Source: Eledone cirrhosa
Lineage: Eukaryota
Assembly (NCBI GenBank): GCA_964016885.1
Contig: OZ024746.1
Span: 11,222,001 to 11,286,000, forward strand
Length of the DNA stretch: 64,000 nt
Reading direction: 5' to 3'
Shown: positions 1 to 12,726 of the stretch, one piece after another
Position numbering within the stretch: position 1 is the stretch's first letter
Layout: each line of letters starts with the position of its first letter
Made by a program: the position numbers and the translations under genes
The notes under the pieces: generated by a model
What the model was told of the DNA's origin: nothing
The model's database searches: none
The model's input: only the letters and a program-made list of their open reading frames with translations

Positions 1-4
1 TGCA

Positions 5-55
5 GACATTCAATATTTCAATGTTATTATTTACTGTCATTTCATCAGAATAATA
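5..55 (-). ncRNA. Type-I hammerhead-like motif (family F) in a Penelope-type pLTR; stem I weak
   Basis: Minus strand reads CUGAUGA (42-48), stem II AAUG/CAUU, GAAA (16-19), stem III AUAU..AUGU, GUC (5-7). Bases 1-253 recur at about 48679-49083. Confidence 0.5.
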
Positions 56-610
56 TTACTGAGGACCTATTTAGTTTTTATAGAGAATATTAGGAGGGAG
101 GGGTGAAGTTGTTAGAAGAATAGTTGAAGGAGTGGTTTTTCGATAGCAGTGAGAATTCTTGGTGGCAGTGAGTAATTAGATTCCCATCTGTTGTTTTGAC
201 ATTTTTTATAGAATATATTATTTGGTTATTTTTCTAAATCTATAGAAGGATTAGAGATAGTAAAGATATGCGTGGTTGGTTTTGTGTTTGCACTTAATTA
301 ACATTCAGACTTAAATTTTTCTTTCAAGTGTACGTATCCTTTCACCCACGCATTCACACACAAATATATTTGCACACCTCTACAAAATACATATACTCAC
401 AATTCACATATTCATACTTACATATATATACACATGCATACACATATATATACACACATGTATTCATGTACATACATATGCGCTCATGTGTATACATTTT
501 CATACTCAACTTATCTTTATATACACACGTATAGACACACACATATATACATACATACTCTAGTCCATGTGTACACACATACACATACATACACATCTAT
601 ATACACATAT

Positions 611-697
<87 letters not shown>

Positions 698-964
698 CAC
701 TTTAATACATAAATACACTTACATCTAACTATACACATCAAACATATATATATATTTACTTATTTATATACATTTTCACATATATATACATACTTATGGA
801 CGTTTTTAGACACATTCATTATCGCATATTTGCACCTATTCTCATCAGCATATCTTTCCATTATTAGCGTGGTAATTTAAGGTTATTAATATATGTTGAG
901 AAGAGATTGTTTTTATATTTTTCTAACTAGATTAAGGTTTATATAGTTGGGGGATGTCCCTCTT

Positions 965-1546
965 TTATGTAATATTCGGCTTGTAGTGGGAAAAAAGGGT
1001 TTTAGTTCTGTGACGGCAGAATAATGTTCGTTCAATTCTGTTATTCAGCAGTTTCTTCTTGTGTGTGATTATGTAATAAATCTCAAGATTACACAATTTG
1101 CAGAAATTTTGGCTCCTGGAAAAGCTTTGGGTTTTAGCTAATTTCTCCCATTTTAGGGTAAACTTTTGATCGCTATCCCTGAGCGTCCAAGCTTTTTCTG
1201 CTAAAGTTGTTACATTTCTTTGGCTCTGGTGTTTTATTGAGTAAGAATGCCTATACAATCGAGATTTAAACGATGTTGCCGTTGATCCCACGTAATACCA
1301 CTCGTTGCCTCCGGATTTAATGGTACACTTATAAATAATATTTTTTTCCAGGCAGTTATTGCCGAGGGGGCAGTTGTCAGGATAGGTGCAGTTACAGTTG
1401 TGTACGTTGGGTTTTCTCTGGAGTAGTATTGCGGACGAACTTAGGTGTGGTTTATTTATGTTCTGTAGTGTATTGTCTACTGTTTTTTTTGTGTTCTTTG
1501 TACTTAAGTTCTTAGTGTTTTCGTTTAACCTTCTAGTATTGATCTT
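965..1546 (-). mobile_element. Penelope-like retroelement, C-terminal GIY-YIG endonuclease fragment (5'-truncated)
   Basis: The frame is open from 1546 to the stop at 965: ...HNCNCTYPDNCPLGNNCLEKNIIYKCTIKSGGNEWYYVGSTATSFKSRLYRH...FCKLCNLEIYYI...LLNNRIE...CRH. It has the IIY/YVG (GIY-YIG) pair, the catalytic R and Cys clusters. Confidence 0.85.
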
Positions 1547-1548
1547 TT

Positions 1549-1736
1549 ACGAAGGAAAAGTGGTAAGGAACCAGGTGGACCATAACGCACCAAAGTACTC
1601 AATACTTAGGGTAGTAGAGTGGGTAATAGGAACAAGTAAGACCCCGACGGCTGAGCTCAAGCCGTTTCGACGGTTAATTCTAGACTGAATTAGCCGTCGA
1701 AACGGCTTGAGCTCAGCCGTCGGGGTCTTACTTGTT

Positions 1737-1741
<5 letters not shown>
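1549..1741. mobile_element. ~190-bp palindromic PLE-end element (family C) carrying the 3' half of a hammerhead on both strands
   Basis: Inverted arms 1626-1680 and 1687-1741 each contain GAAA-CGGCU(ugagcuc)AGCCG-UC. A near-identical copy is at 24903-25106 and a deleted copy at about 26810-26908. It abuts (TA)n. Confidence 0.75.
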
Positions 1742-1782
<41 letters not shown>

Positions 1783-1865
1783 TAGGTACATTAATTTACA
1801 CGTCTACACTTACACTTACACTCACAAACACACAACCATAACCAGGTATATACATACATGTATAT

Positions 1866-1916
<51 letters not shown>

Positions 1917-2169
1917 GGGCGGTGGGACTGGGGGAGGGGACGTACCCCACCACCACCACCACCAATACTTATATTTTTCTCCCAAAACTACCAAAACACA
2001 CATCTATTTGTATATGCGCTACAATTTATGTACATGTTATGTAGAGACAGATGGGAGAGAGAGATATAGAGAGGGGGAGAGATTGATGTTTATTGATAAA
2101 GAGAGTGGGGTTGGAAGAGAGTTCCGTGTAGTAGATATAGAGAGGGGGAAGTCTAAAATAAGTCTAAAG

Positions 2170-2446
2170 TCTGTCTTAAGCCAGAAGGCTCATTTGGCGG
2201 GTGCTTATCCCGGTTACATGGCGTGAAGCGACTGAAAGTATAAGACTCCCTCCTGGACAAGACGCCAGTCCATCTCAGGGTTAAACCTCCAGCTATTGCT
2301 GGTACTCATTTTCAGCTGAGTAAACTGGAGCAACGTGAAATAATGTGTCTTGCTCAAGGAAACAACATATCACCCGGTCCGAGAATTGAACTCACAACCT
2401 TTCGATTGCAAGCCCAATGTGCTAACCACTAAGCCATGCGCCTTCA
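2170..2446 (-). mobile_element. tRNA-derived SINE
   Basis: Minus strand starts GAAGGCGCATGGCTTAGTGGTTAGC (A box), then GAGTTCAATTCTC (B box) and CCTTGAGCAAGACAC. A related head is at 59655-59790. Confidence 0.75.
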
Positions 2447-2449
2447 CAG

Positions 2450-2995
2450 AGGAGGAAGAGTTTGGTGTTAATTGATATAGAGGGGGTATTGAGAGAGTAT
2501 GTTGTATGGTTGAGGTAGAGAGAGGGAGAGTTAGGTGGTAATGAATAGAGTGAGAAGGAATGAGAGAGAGTGTTTTATGGTAAATATAGAAAGAGGGATA
2601 GTTTGGTGATATTGATATAGAGAGGGGGATTGGAAGAGAGTTCCGTGTAGTAGATACAGTGAGGGGGAGACTTTGGTGTTAATTTATATAGAGAAGGGGA
2701 TTGGAAGAGAGTTCCGTTAGTAGATATAGAGAGGGGTTGGAAGAGAGTTGCGTGTAGTAGATATAGAGAGGATGATAGTTTAGGGGTGATTGATATACAG
2801 AGGGGGATTGGGAGAGATAAGTGTAGATATTTATAGAGAGTGAGAGAGTGCATTAGTCATAGATATAGAGAGTGGGACAAGAGAGGTGGTGTCGTGGTAG
2901 ATTTAGAGAGGGGTAGAGTTTGGTTCTAATAAATACAGAGAGGGGGATTAAAAGAGAGTTTTGTGTGATAGACATAGAGAGGAGGAGAGTTTGGT
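2450..2995 (+). repeat. Degenerate purine-rich tandem repeat
   Basis: Repeated GATATAGAGAGGGGGATTGGAAGAGAGTT(CCGTGTAGTA) units; also at about 2060-2150. Confidence 0.7.
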
Positions 2996-3158
2996 GGCCC
3001 CCTCGGTTCCCAAATAATAGGAGGAGTGGCAATAATGGGGTGGGACTTAGGGTATTAGTAATTGTATAGTGTACGTTCGTAAATATGGGATTTCTTGTAA
3101 TGTTCTTCTTTTGTCATTTATAATATTATTTTAATGTAAAATAAAATAATTATTAGAT

Positions 3159-3192
<34 letters not shown>

Positions 3193-4584
3193 TAAAAGAG
3201 AGAGAGAGGAAGAGAGTGAGAGAAAGAGAGAGGGGGAGATGTATATGTGTGTATGCATCTTTATATATATGTATATTTATGTGTGTGTATGTGTACTTAT
3301 GGATATACATATATGAATATATGCATGTATAAGGAGAGAAAGATTTACATATAGACCATACAAACACACATACGAGCACCGTGGGCCGCTAGTTCAGTGC
3401 GATGCATTTCATGTTTATATATGGGGAAACGTAATAGAAAAGTTACATAAAACATTGGTTTAAGCATTGACCTTTGGCTAATGGTTGACATTTGTGACAC
3501 AGAATGGAGAGGCGGTGGACTCCAACTAGAAATAACTTATAGTTGGGTGTGACGAGGAAAATGATATGACCGCCGATGCATGTCAGAAAACTTGGCTGTT
3601 ACATGTCTAGTAGAGGTAGAGACTCCACATAGGTCACGAATGACCATGGGCTTTGCACCTAGAAAGTTCCCCTTCGAGGTATAAATTATGGGTGAGTCCA
3701 GCAACCTAGCCTCTCTCCTCTTTAAAATTCCTATGTAATGCGGTGTGACGGATACATACATGCTTTTTTGGTATTACACTTTTTTTTTCTGTGTTTCTTC
3801 TAAAACTGAGCTAAGATTTTTTTACACAAATTTCTAGCTGGTAATGTTAGGGGAGGGGCGGCAGAGAGTCAGTTATATTGGGTATTCCTACCGATGTGGA
3901 AAGTACCTCTTCTCGCAAGATGATGGGAGCAAATAAGAAAAATAAAAATACTCCTTACCCACACAGCCACCACCATAAATATAGGTCTGCTTTAATGGAA
4001 GGAAAACAGAAATGTCTTACTCACCTAAACAGTAAGAACTAATGAAGATTTCTATGAAGGCAACAAGCGTGAGATACTAATTAGAGAGATAAAGATATTA
4101 GATTGCAGTTCCAACCCACTTGGCAACACCTTCAGTAAATGTCTTCTGTCCTAGCCAACATCTTCATTAGGATTTCAACATGATGGGATACCCCTCCTCA
4201 GCCACATCTCTTTCTGTCTACACCGAACTACTAATGTCCAAAGCGAAGAACATCAATATTATTCTCACAAGTCTAAACCTGCTCAGTTAATAGAAATCAT
4301 TACTTCTCATTTAACTGTCTTAAATAAATAAATATAAATAAATAAAAGATATACGTTCAATATATATATGTTAAAAACAAACATACATAAAATGTTGATG
4401 TAAGCATAACAATTGTGTGAAATACACACGCGCACGTACACACGTACACACACATATATATATATATGTGTGTGTGTGTGTTGTGTACCCTACTGTGTGT
4501 GAGTCCCAGGTTCAATTGGGGGTAACTACAGTTAGTAGGGTACTCAATACATTAGTAGAGTGTAAACATCATGTTTATCATAGA

Positions 4585-4641
4585 AATGGCTTCTACAGGA
4601 CTAGAACTGTTTCATTCAAAAGAAATCATCAGGAAATCATC
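4585..4641 (-). ncRNA. Type-I hammerhead ribozyme (family B), minus copy
   Basis: CUGAUGA (4626-4632), stem II UUC-uuuu-GAA, GAAA (4610-4613), stem III ACAG/CUGU, GUA cleavage triplet, stem I GAUGAUUUC/GAAGCCAUU. Confidence 0.75.
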
Positions 4642-4642
4642 G

Positions 4643-4689
4643 GGGCTTTCCTGATGATTTATTTTGAATGAAACAGTTCTAGTCCTGTA
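4643..4689 (+). ncRNA. Hammerhead (family B), plus copy truncated at its cleavage site
   Basis: CTGATGA 4651-4657, GAAA 4670-4673, ACAG/CTGT stem III and GTA 4687-4689. Homology to the minus copy stops immediately after GTA. Confidence 0.65.
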
Positions 4690-4983
4690 TTGATCAGCTC
4701 AGGGCATAAACAAAATGACGGAGCCTTTGATCGACCTCGTAACAGTATTGAGTGCTTCGAACGGTTCGCTGCCTGTAACTGTAGTTACACACCTAACTAA
4801 CACACATATATATAAAAATATATATATATTGATATATCTCATATGAAATGATACAGCCAATTTTCCACACAATACAATTAGTTAGCACCCCGAACGTTTA
4901 ATTAGGAATATACTCAGTTATTTCCTAATGTTTGTTGAGTGAGTTGGGATTTGGCCGGAGTATCGCTATTAGCTTTCTCCGAT

Positions 4984-5058
<75 letters not shown>

Positions 5059-6816
5059 GTATGCATGTATGTATGTACGAATGTATGTATGGGTGTGCGC
5101 GTGTGTGTGTGATATTTATTAATCGTGGATTTCTCTCTGTGGATGTATATGTACATACAGAAGTGTGTATAAATGTGAAGTATGATTATCGTGCGTTATA
5201 ATGAAAGTTCTGATGATCTATATCTGCCACTGGATTTCGTTTCTTCACGACATAGTTTATCAAAGCTATCATCTAGAAATCGTAGTTTATTTTTAATCAA
5301 TACAACAAGCTGTGACCTAACCTCCATTTTATTTACATGTACCTAGCTTCAACTCTGCTTTTCTTCCTAGTTTATCAATTGTCTTACTGTTATTATATGG
5401 GTGGTCACGGATGTTAGGTTAACAAAGTCACTAGAACATCGGATGAAGTGCATTGCAGAATTTCATTGCCGTTCAAATACCACTGAGGTTAACTTTGCCT
5501 TTTATCCTCTGAGATCGATAAAATAAAGTACCAGTTAAGTACTGGGGCCCGATTTAATAGACTTTGCTGGCCTTGTGCCTACTTTAACTCATTATATAGG
5601 TTGTCGAATACGGTGAGTTGTAAAAAGAACAGAGCAAGAAATTAAGTGCCTTGCTGTGTTTAATTGCATCCCTATAAATGCTGGTTTCAAATCAGTTCAT
5701 GGTTGATGAAATAATTGTTTCTACTTTTGGCACAAGGCCAGCAATTACCCAGTACATTACATGGTTGATGAAATAATGAAATAATGGCATACGACATTGA
5801 AGAAATACTAGTCCAATGTTGTAAACTATTTACTTGACTCTGTTGAAAAACGTACCCAAAAATGTCATTTAATTATTTTCTCTCACACTCAGTGTTAAAC
5901 TAATTATTTCCATCTGTAAAAATGAAAAATATTAGTTTAAGTAATGTTATACTCGCCATAAATACCAATATTCATGATGGAATTTAACAAAGAAAAGCTA
6001 CTCGTTTCGATGGACAGATTAAAACAAATGTCTATTATAAACCCACAAACTCGAAACAATGTTTACTATTCATTGGGGGGGGGGGGTCGTTTTAATATAT
6101 TTATTCCTAATTAGTTTTTTATATCTTCATGCGTTAAATCTACTAACACTATCTTACCTGTAATATATACATATATATAATTAAGCATGCACCTGCACAC
6201 ATGCATACACATATGCTCGGATAGTTGTGTATACATTAGCTCACAATATTCCATAAATTATTTACTAGAAAGCGGGTTTGGGATGAACGTAAAATAAAAC
6301 CAACAAGATCATCTTAAGAATTTGGTCAATCACTAGTCATATACACTTTAATGTGTATTGTGTTCATATTGTGTTTATTGAATCAAAGTGTTGGTTTATC
6401 TATTTACCTGTATCTATATATATTTATTTACGATCAGATGAGGAAGGTATGTAAAGGCTTTAAGCAACGCCGCGCTTCTTTGCACTAAGTAAAAATTTCT
6501 AATTTAGGCACAAGACCAGCAATTGATATCGATCATTACTTGACTAGCACTTTATTTATCGACCCCGGAAGGATGAAAGTCAAAGTTATTTGTCGGTGTG
6601 ATTGTAAAGTGCCAAAAGAAATAGTACCAATACATCATCCTTCTTAATAAAGGATGTCTAAATAAACCTAACATAGACAACAGGGCTCACATTTCCAAGG
6701 GGGGGGGGGGGATATACTCGACTATATCGACCAAATTACTTGTGTGTTACTTATTTTTATCCACTCCGTACTCATGAAAAGCAAAGTTAAACCCGGTGAG
6801 ATTTGACCTTAGAAAG

Positions 6817-7168
6817 TACGCTCAGGTCTTGAATAATCACCCCACCCCCACCTCCGCTTATTAATTTACCAGATTTTTTTCCAACACACCCGCTTATAAA
6901 ATGTTTCTAATCTATGCCCGGCGAAATGTTATTGTGACTCATATCGATACAGCAGCTGGAGAATCTAATGATTTTATTTTTTATATTAAAAAAAACATTA
7001 TATATGACAAAAGAAGAACATTATAAGAAATCCTATATTTATGAACGTACACTATACAATTACTGATTTTCCACCCCCACCCCCACCCCTGCTTATAAAA
7101 ATTTAAGCAAATGTCCAAGCCACCCCCGCTTATTCCAACCCCTCCTATTAGTTGGAAACCGAGAGTAA
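6817..7168 (+). mobile_element. Non-autonomous DNA transposon (Tc1/mariner/pogo-like MITE)
   Basis: Termini TAC(G/T)CTC...GAGAGTA. Other copies at about 55603-55888 (-) and, partial, at 3001-3158. Confidence 0.6.
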
Positions 7169-8751
7169 GTAAATATCGCAAGACATTTGGTCTGCTATCT
7201 CTAAGGGGTAATTTACTCAATTTTCTTAACTATTAACTATGAAAATCGACTGCTATTGTAGTTATTTCGCACGTTTGGGACGCTCGAATTTCCACATTTT
7301 CAAATTCCAAACACTCCCACTGCTTTGATAATTCATAAGGTTTGTTTACATCCAGCAACATTCTAGCTCCAAGCTGTACAGTATGGAATCCTAAAAAAGA
7401 CAACCCTTAACGTAAGAACATTCGCACGGTATCCGAGAGATACATGGTTTGATTCCTTGTAGGGACCTCTTTAAACTTGTTTTCTTTAAGGCTTATGTGT
7501 CCAATTTTCTCAACTATTATTACAGTTATTTTCTACGTTATTATTACAGTTATTTTCAAATTTCAAACACTCCCAGCTCTCCAATGATTCCTTTGTGTAT
7601 GTGTGTGTGTATGCTGTGTATGGGGGGATATATGTGTGTGTGTGTGTGTGAGAGAGAGAGGTGAAGAGAGAGGGAACTACTTGCTAAAGTGTAAGAGAAA
7701 AATAATAGCAAGTTGAACGATAAACCTGAATTAAATGCGCAGGGCAACGAGGGGATAATCGTACAATAGTGCAGTAATGTCATCGTGGCCGAATACATTG
7801 ATAAGAGAGAGAAGGATATCTGGTGGAAAATGGAGGTAAACAATAGCTGTAGCCTGAGGTTATCACGTGACTACTAATCATATGGTGCTTACCTTGTTTA
7901 CAACTTCTGCTTTTCACATGACAAAACTTCCAGTTTAAACTGCAGCGCACGAACACATAAATATATCTATGCACATATGTGTGTATATATATATGTATAT
8001 GTGTGTGTATGTGTGTGTATATGTATGTATATATATATGTATATATATTATATATGTGTGTGTATTATATATATATATGTGTGTCTGTGTGTGTGTGTGT
8101 AAATATCTATTGAATTTTACTTTTATTCTTTTGCTGTTTGGTTTTAATTTCTGGGGAGTTTTTTTGTCTATTTATTTAACCTATGTAATTTTGTTTGGCT
8201 GTGATTAATGTTCTCTTTTGTCGCCATGTAATTGTTAAGTTAATGGTTAAGTTAGGGTTCTGTTTAAATGGGGTTAGCTGAGTTGGGATTTGATTTCACT
8301 TTTGATTGGTTTATGTTTCACTTTTCCACTGGTTCCAGCTAGTGACAGTAAAAATTGGCAATACACTTAACTATCGCTAGTGTTTCCCAGACTTTCTCAG
8401 ATAAATGGTCTCTTTTTAGAGAATACAATTCATCAACGCTGCTGCCAAAACACACACACACACATATGAACACACACACGCACACACACATGTGGACACA
8501 CACGTATGAACACACACACAGACACATGTGGACACACACATATGAACACACACTCACAGATAAGTCAAGTCGGTCAAAAACGAACATTGAAAAATAGATT
8601 TCAATATTTCTTTGTTTAAATAATAATTGTATAACCAAAAATATAAATGTACAAAAATATCAAAAATGATCTCATTTATTTTAAAAAAATAATAGGCCTG
8701 GTGAGATGAAACTATTTCTTCCACACCCGACTCAGCATTATTAAGTAGTAT

Positions 8752-8928
8752 CGGTGGTGGATTGGCAGTATCGGTGGAAGCTTTGACGCATAGAGTTACG
8801 GCCCTTTCCATTCTGAGTTCAAATCCCGCCGAGGTTAACTTTGCCTTTCATCCTTACGGGGTCGATAAAATAAAGTACCAGTAATGCACTGGGATAATTT
8901 CTGGCCTTGTGCCAAAAGTAGAAACAAT
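8752..8928 (+). mobile_element. tRNA-derived SINE family 1 (octopus-type)
   Basis: GGTGGATTGGCAGTATCGG...GAGTTCAAATCCCGCCGAGGTTAACTTTGCCTTTCATCCTTACGGGGTCGATAAAATAAAGTACCAG...GGCCTTGTGCCAAAAGTAGAAAC, with a degenerate TSD. About 20 copies or fragments occur in the window, e.g. 15535, 16530, 17130, 26213, 27148, 31165, 31532, 32608, 50943, 51150, 52131, 53445-54035, 54214, 56115. Confidence 0.85.
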
Positions 8929-9778
8929 GATTAAGCAGTAACCTTCAATCACTCCGTTCGATAATTTGCAAACAGTTTTTTTCCTTTTATCAAGAGATCC
9001 AGAATGTTACTAAATACAGGTCCAACTAAATATGATAATTAGGATGTTTTGACAATGATTCATAATCCAGGATAAAGATTTGTAATTTAGCGATGCAAAC
9101 AGAATTGATTTTACCCATTCTTAAATTTAGGCTTCAACACTTAATCCAATCAATTCTTGTCATTTGATTTCTATTATCTCAGCACTTGAAAATGGATTTA
9201 GAATGGATCTAGAATTAATCTAGAATGGATCTAGAATGGATCTAAATGGATCTAAAAACCAATCTGAGAATATTTTTCAAATAGTTCGGGAAAATCTTTA
9301 TGTAACATTAAACTGAACGTCACAATCGTGTAATTTTGACATTTTCTTGAGAGCATAAAGCTTTGGAAACTGGTAAAATGCTCCAAGTTCCAAATTTTGT
9401 TGGAAGGAAATATTCTTTGAAGCAAATACACATCTAACAGCCTTCGTTTTAATCAAATTCAGTTAATCTTGCAGTTGCAAATTAACTTGAAATATAAATT
9501 TGAAATATAAGCTATGTCATGTAAACTTCTTCGGGTTTTCTTACATGAAATAGCTTTTTTTTTAAGATTTCCAAAGCTGTCTCAAAAAAACTATAAAAAA
9601 TAGTTCAAACAGTGCCATTCCATAACCAACTAATATTCGTGTAGAATAACAAGTAATTAAATTCATCGTTTTGTTTGAGGAAATGTCTAATTAACCTGTT
9701 ATTGTACCTGATTGAGAATTGTTGTAAATACGTGTTTCTGTGAACACTGCAATCACTAAAGTGTTTTGCTAGTAAATA

Positions 9779-9955
9779 AATCATGCAACACACCACCAAA
9801 ACATTCAGTGCCCAATCATGCAACACACCACCAAAACATTCAGTGCCCAATCATGCAACACACCACCAAAACATTCAGTACCCAATCATGCAACACACCA
9901 CCAAAACATTCAGAGCCCAATCATGCAACACACCACCAAAACATTCAGAGCCCAA
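9779..9955 (+). repeat. Minisatellite, 35-bp unit x5
   Basis: AATCATGCAACACACCACCAAAACATTCAGTGCCC repeated five times. Confidence 0.95.
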
Positions 9956-10024
9956 TTTTTAGGGATACAGTGAATCCACGGTGGCAAACCATTATCGACA
10001 GAACTGAGTCAGTTGAATCTGCCG

Positions 10025-10400
10025 TTAGATTTCTAAGATGAACCTATTTTTCTTTAAAAAAGAAATCTTCCCAACAACAAACATCGATTCTCCTTTAATA
10101 TCTCTTGCCAAATATTTGTCAATAATTCTTGAGTTACTTTCTCTAAAGCTTCTTTTCCATGTAGAATTGATTCCTCCAGCTGTGAGGAAATTCGGAGAGG
10201 CTTTACAAGTAATGGCGGACAACCCATCATTTTCTTGCATTGATGTTGCTGAAAACAAACTTGACAATATCAGCTGTTTATAAAATGTCTCCAAGTAGTT
10301 TAAAATAAAATAAATCCTTAGTTTACTTTTCAAATGCTCTTCTAAGTTTAACGGATTCATAGATCCTGTAAAAACCATGAGGCACACTAATAATACTTGT
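10025..10400 (-). pseudogene. Possible degenerate DDE transposase remnant (Sola2-like?)
   Basis: LFSATSMQENDGLSAITCKAS..INS loosely resembles the W.FFATSHGKG..DG.G..KR motif of some invertebrate DNA transposases. The match is weak. Confidence 0.3.
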
Positions 10401-11599
10401 AAGTGACGCAACAAAACCTTGAATATTCGATACTGTACTACTTCCAACATTTCTATTTTGGTTCTACCGTGGTTAGGGTTAGGGTTAAAAAAATATATTA
10501 TTATAGACATTGTTACTATTAACCATTTTTTTAATATTATTCGTTGAGATATGTTAACAGTTTTTACAAGTTACTACTAATTTGTAATGTTAACCCTTTT
10601 TCTTCCTAACCAATCTTAGCATTTCGACACTCTTACTTCCCCTTGCTTTCTAGAGTAGTTTTCAGTCTTCCAACACTCACTGAAGTAACAGTAACACACA
10701 CATTGGGAATCATTTTTCTACCCGAATCAGAATATAAGATTGATAAATATGTCCATGGGCAAATGAGATATTGGCGATACAAAGCAATAATATGTTAATC
10801 CTTAACTCATTGCATCTGTTACGTTACAGTACTTATTTGTGATCCTCAACCACAAGTCGTTACCCATGTGCAAATAGCTGGAAACTATCATTGAAATTTA
10901 TGTGCATTTGTTTTTCTAAGGTCCCTGAGAAAACACGTGAACTTTTGAACAATTCGACAAGCTGGAGCAATTTGTGGAATTACAGTAGAGTGTATCATGA
11001 TTTTGTCTTCGTGTGATATATCTTAGTCAATTCAGCTGGACATGCTACACCCTCAGAAAATATCGAACTGAGCATTGAAGACTAATAAACTCCCTAGAAA
11101 GTGTTTATTGACTACAGTGATGAGTTCTCTCTATAGCAAAGTGTTTGAAACATTTGAGAGTTCAATGTATTGTATCATAGGCGCAGACTAACTCAGTAAC
11201 AAGATACTTATTACCAGCTCTTCGGCACGTAGATCGGTCATTTGAGTTACCTGACTCTGTTTAATTTAAAATAAATGTAAAGCAAATTAAACAGATAATA
11301 AATAATAGATAACACAATGCGGCTAAGATGAAAAAGATCTAGAAATATAAACGAAAGGAAAAATAGTTAATTTATTGTAGTTGATAATGTGTGACTTTAC
11401 CATAGTTATATGAAAAGGTGACATGCAACAGAGAGAGAGTTCGTGTAAGAAGATCAGGTTTATAAATTATCTAACAATTACTAAAGTATTTTAGTTAATA
11501 GCTTTGAAAATACAAGAAAAAATAAATAAAAAGGAGTGGTTATATTGTAAACTTAAGATTACTCATGATTCAGTTGAAGAAAATTAACATAACAGAATG

Positions 11600-11638
<39 letters not shown>

Positions 11639-12726
11639 GTGTGTGTGTTAGAAAGAAACTGCACCTGGTGAGCGTTAACATGTTAGACATTGATTAAATA
11701 CAATAGTTAGTGGTGTAGTAACAATGGGTAGTGGGTGTGGTGTAGTAACAATGGCCAGTGGGTGGCAACAAAAATGTTCCTATTATAATCTATGGGGGAA
11801 GAAGGACGAGTTGAGTCTGAGAAACCTGTTTCGAGGGTTACATTCCACTTCTCTTGGTAGTGTAATGAACTCTGAACACCGAGTGCTGTGATGCCGTCAT
11901 CTCATACAACGTGTTTTGGGGGCATTTTAAAACCTGATAGGGCTCATCCCTCTCCAGAGAGAGAGGTAGATCGGAGAAGAACCACCCCCAGTATTAAACT
12001 GATATTTTAGTCAACGACCTCTCAAAGGGTGAAAGGCAAAGTTGATCTTAGTGAAGAGGGAGGTATTTTTAACCGGACGCCCCTAACCATTCTGCCAATA
12101 CACTTTCCCAAAGTATAATACCACTTTCCCAAAGTATAAACGTCACATCATAAATTGATTTGTGAAGTAACTATAGAACATTTGATATATCATTTTTATT
12201 TCCTTAATGACGAAATTTAGAGAGCAGGATATTGCGGTATAGAGTGTCGAAGCTTTTGTAGGGTTCATAAATATTCAGACAGGTGTTTCCTAGTTATCTC
12301 GGTTAAAATTCGTTTTATCGACTCTATGGTTGCATATTCTATGGTGGCATATTTTGTGGAATAATTTCTACGAAAGCATTCTGGCTTCTGTAAAGCAAAT
12401 CATTCTTCTTGAGAATAACAGAGTTGAGGAAAGCATCTTCTAATACTTCAGATACACTTGCGGGTAGAGAAATTGATCGATCAGCAAAATAGGAAGGAGT
12501 GCTTCCCACTTGAGAACGAAGTTCCGTGGGGTGGAATGGTTAATACAGCGGGTTTCGCTGGCTATTCTCCACTGCAATGATTTTGCCATTTTCTCAGTGG
12601 AGCACAGCTGAGATATACTGCCAAGACTGAGGTGTAAAGTCTGTTGCTCTATTACCTTTTCCCTCTCATTGTTTTTTTTACATGTATTTTAATATCAATG
12701 ATCCCATAGAGAGACTTTTTACGCAT

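Noticed and set aside
820-860. CTGATGA on the minus strand (similar lone CTGANGA at 5210, 21182, 33557, 47044)
   Set aside because: There is no correctly placed GAAA, stem II or stem III.
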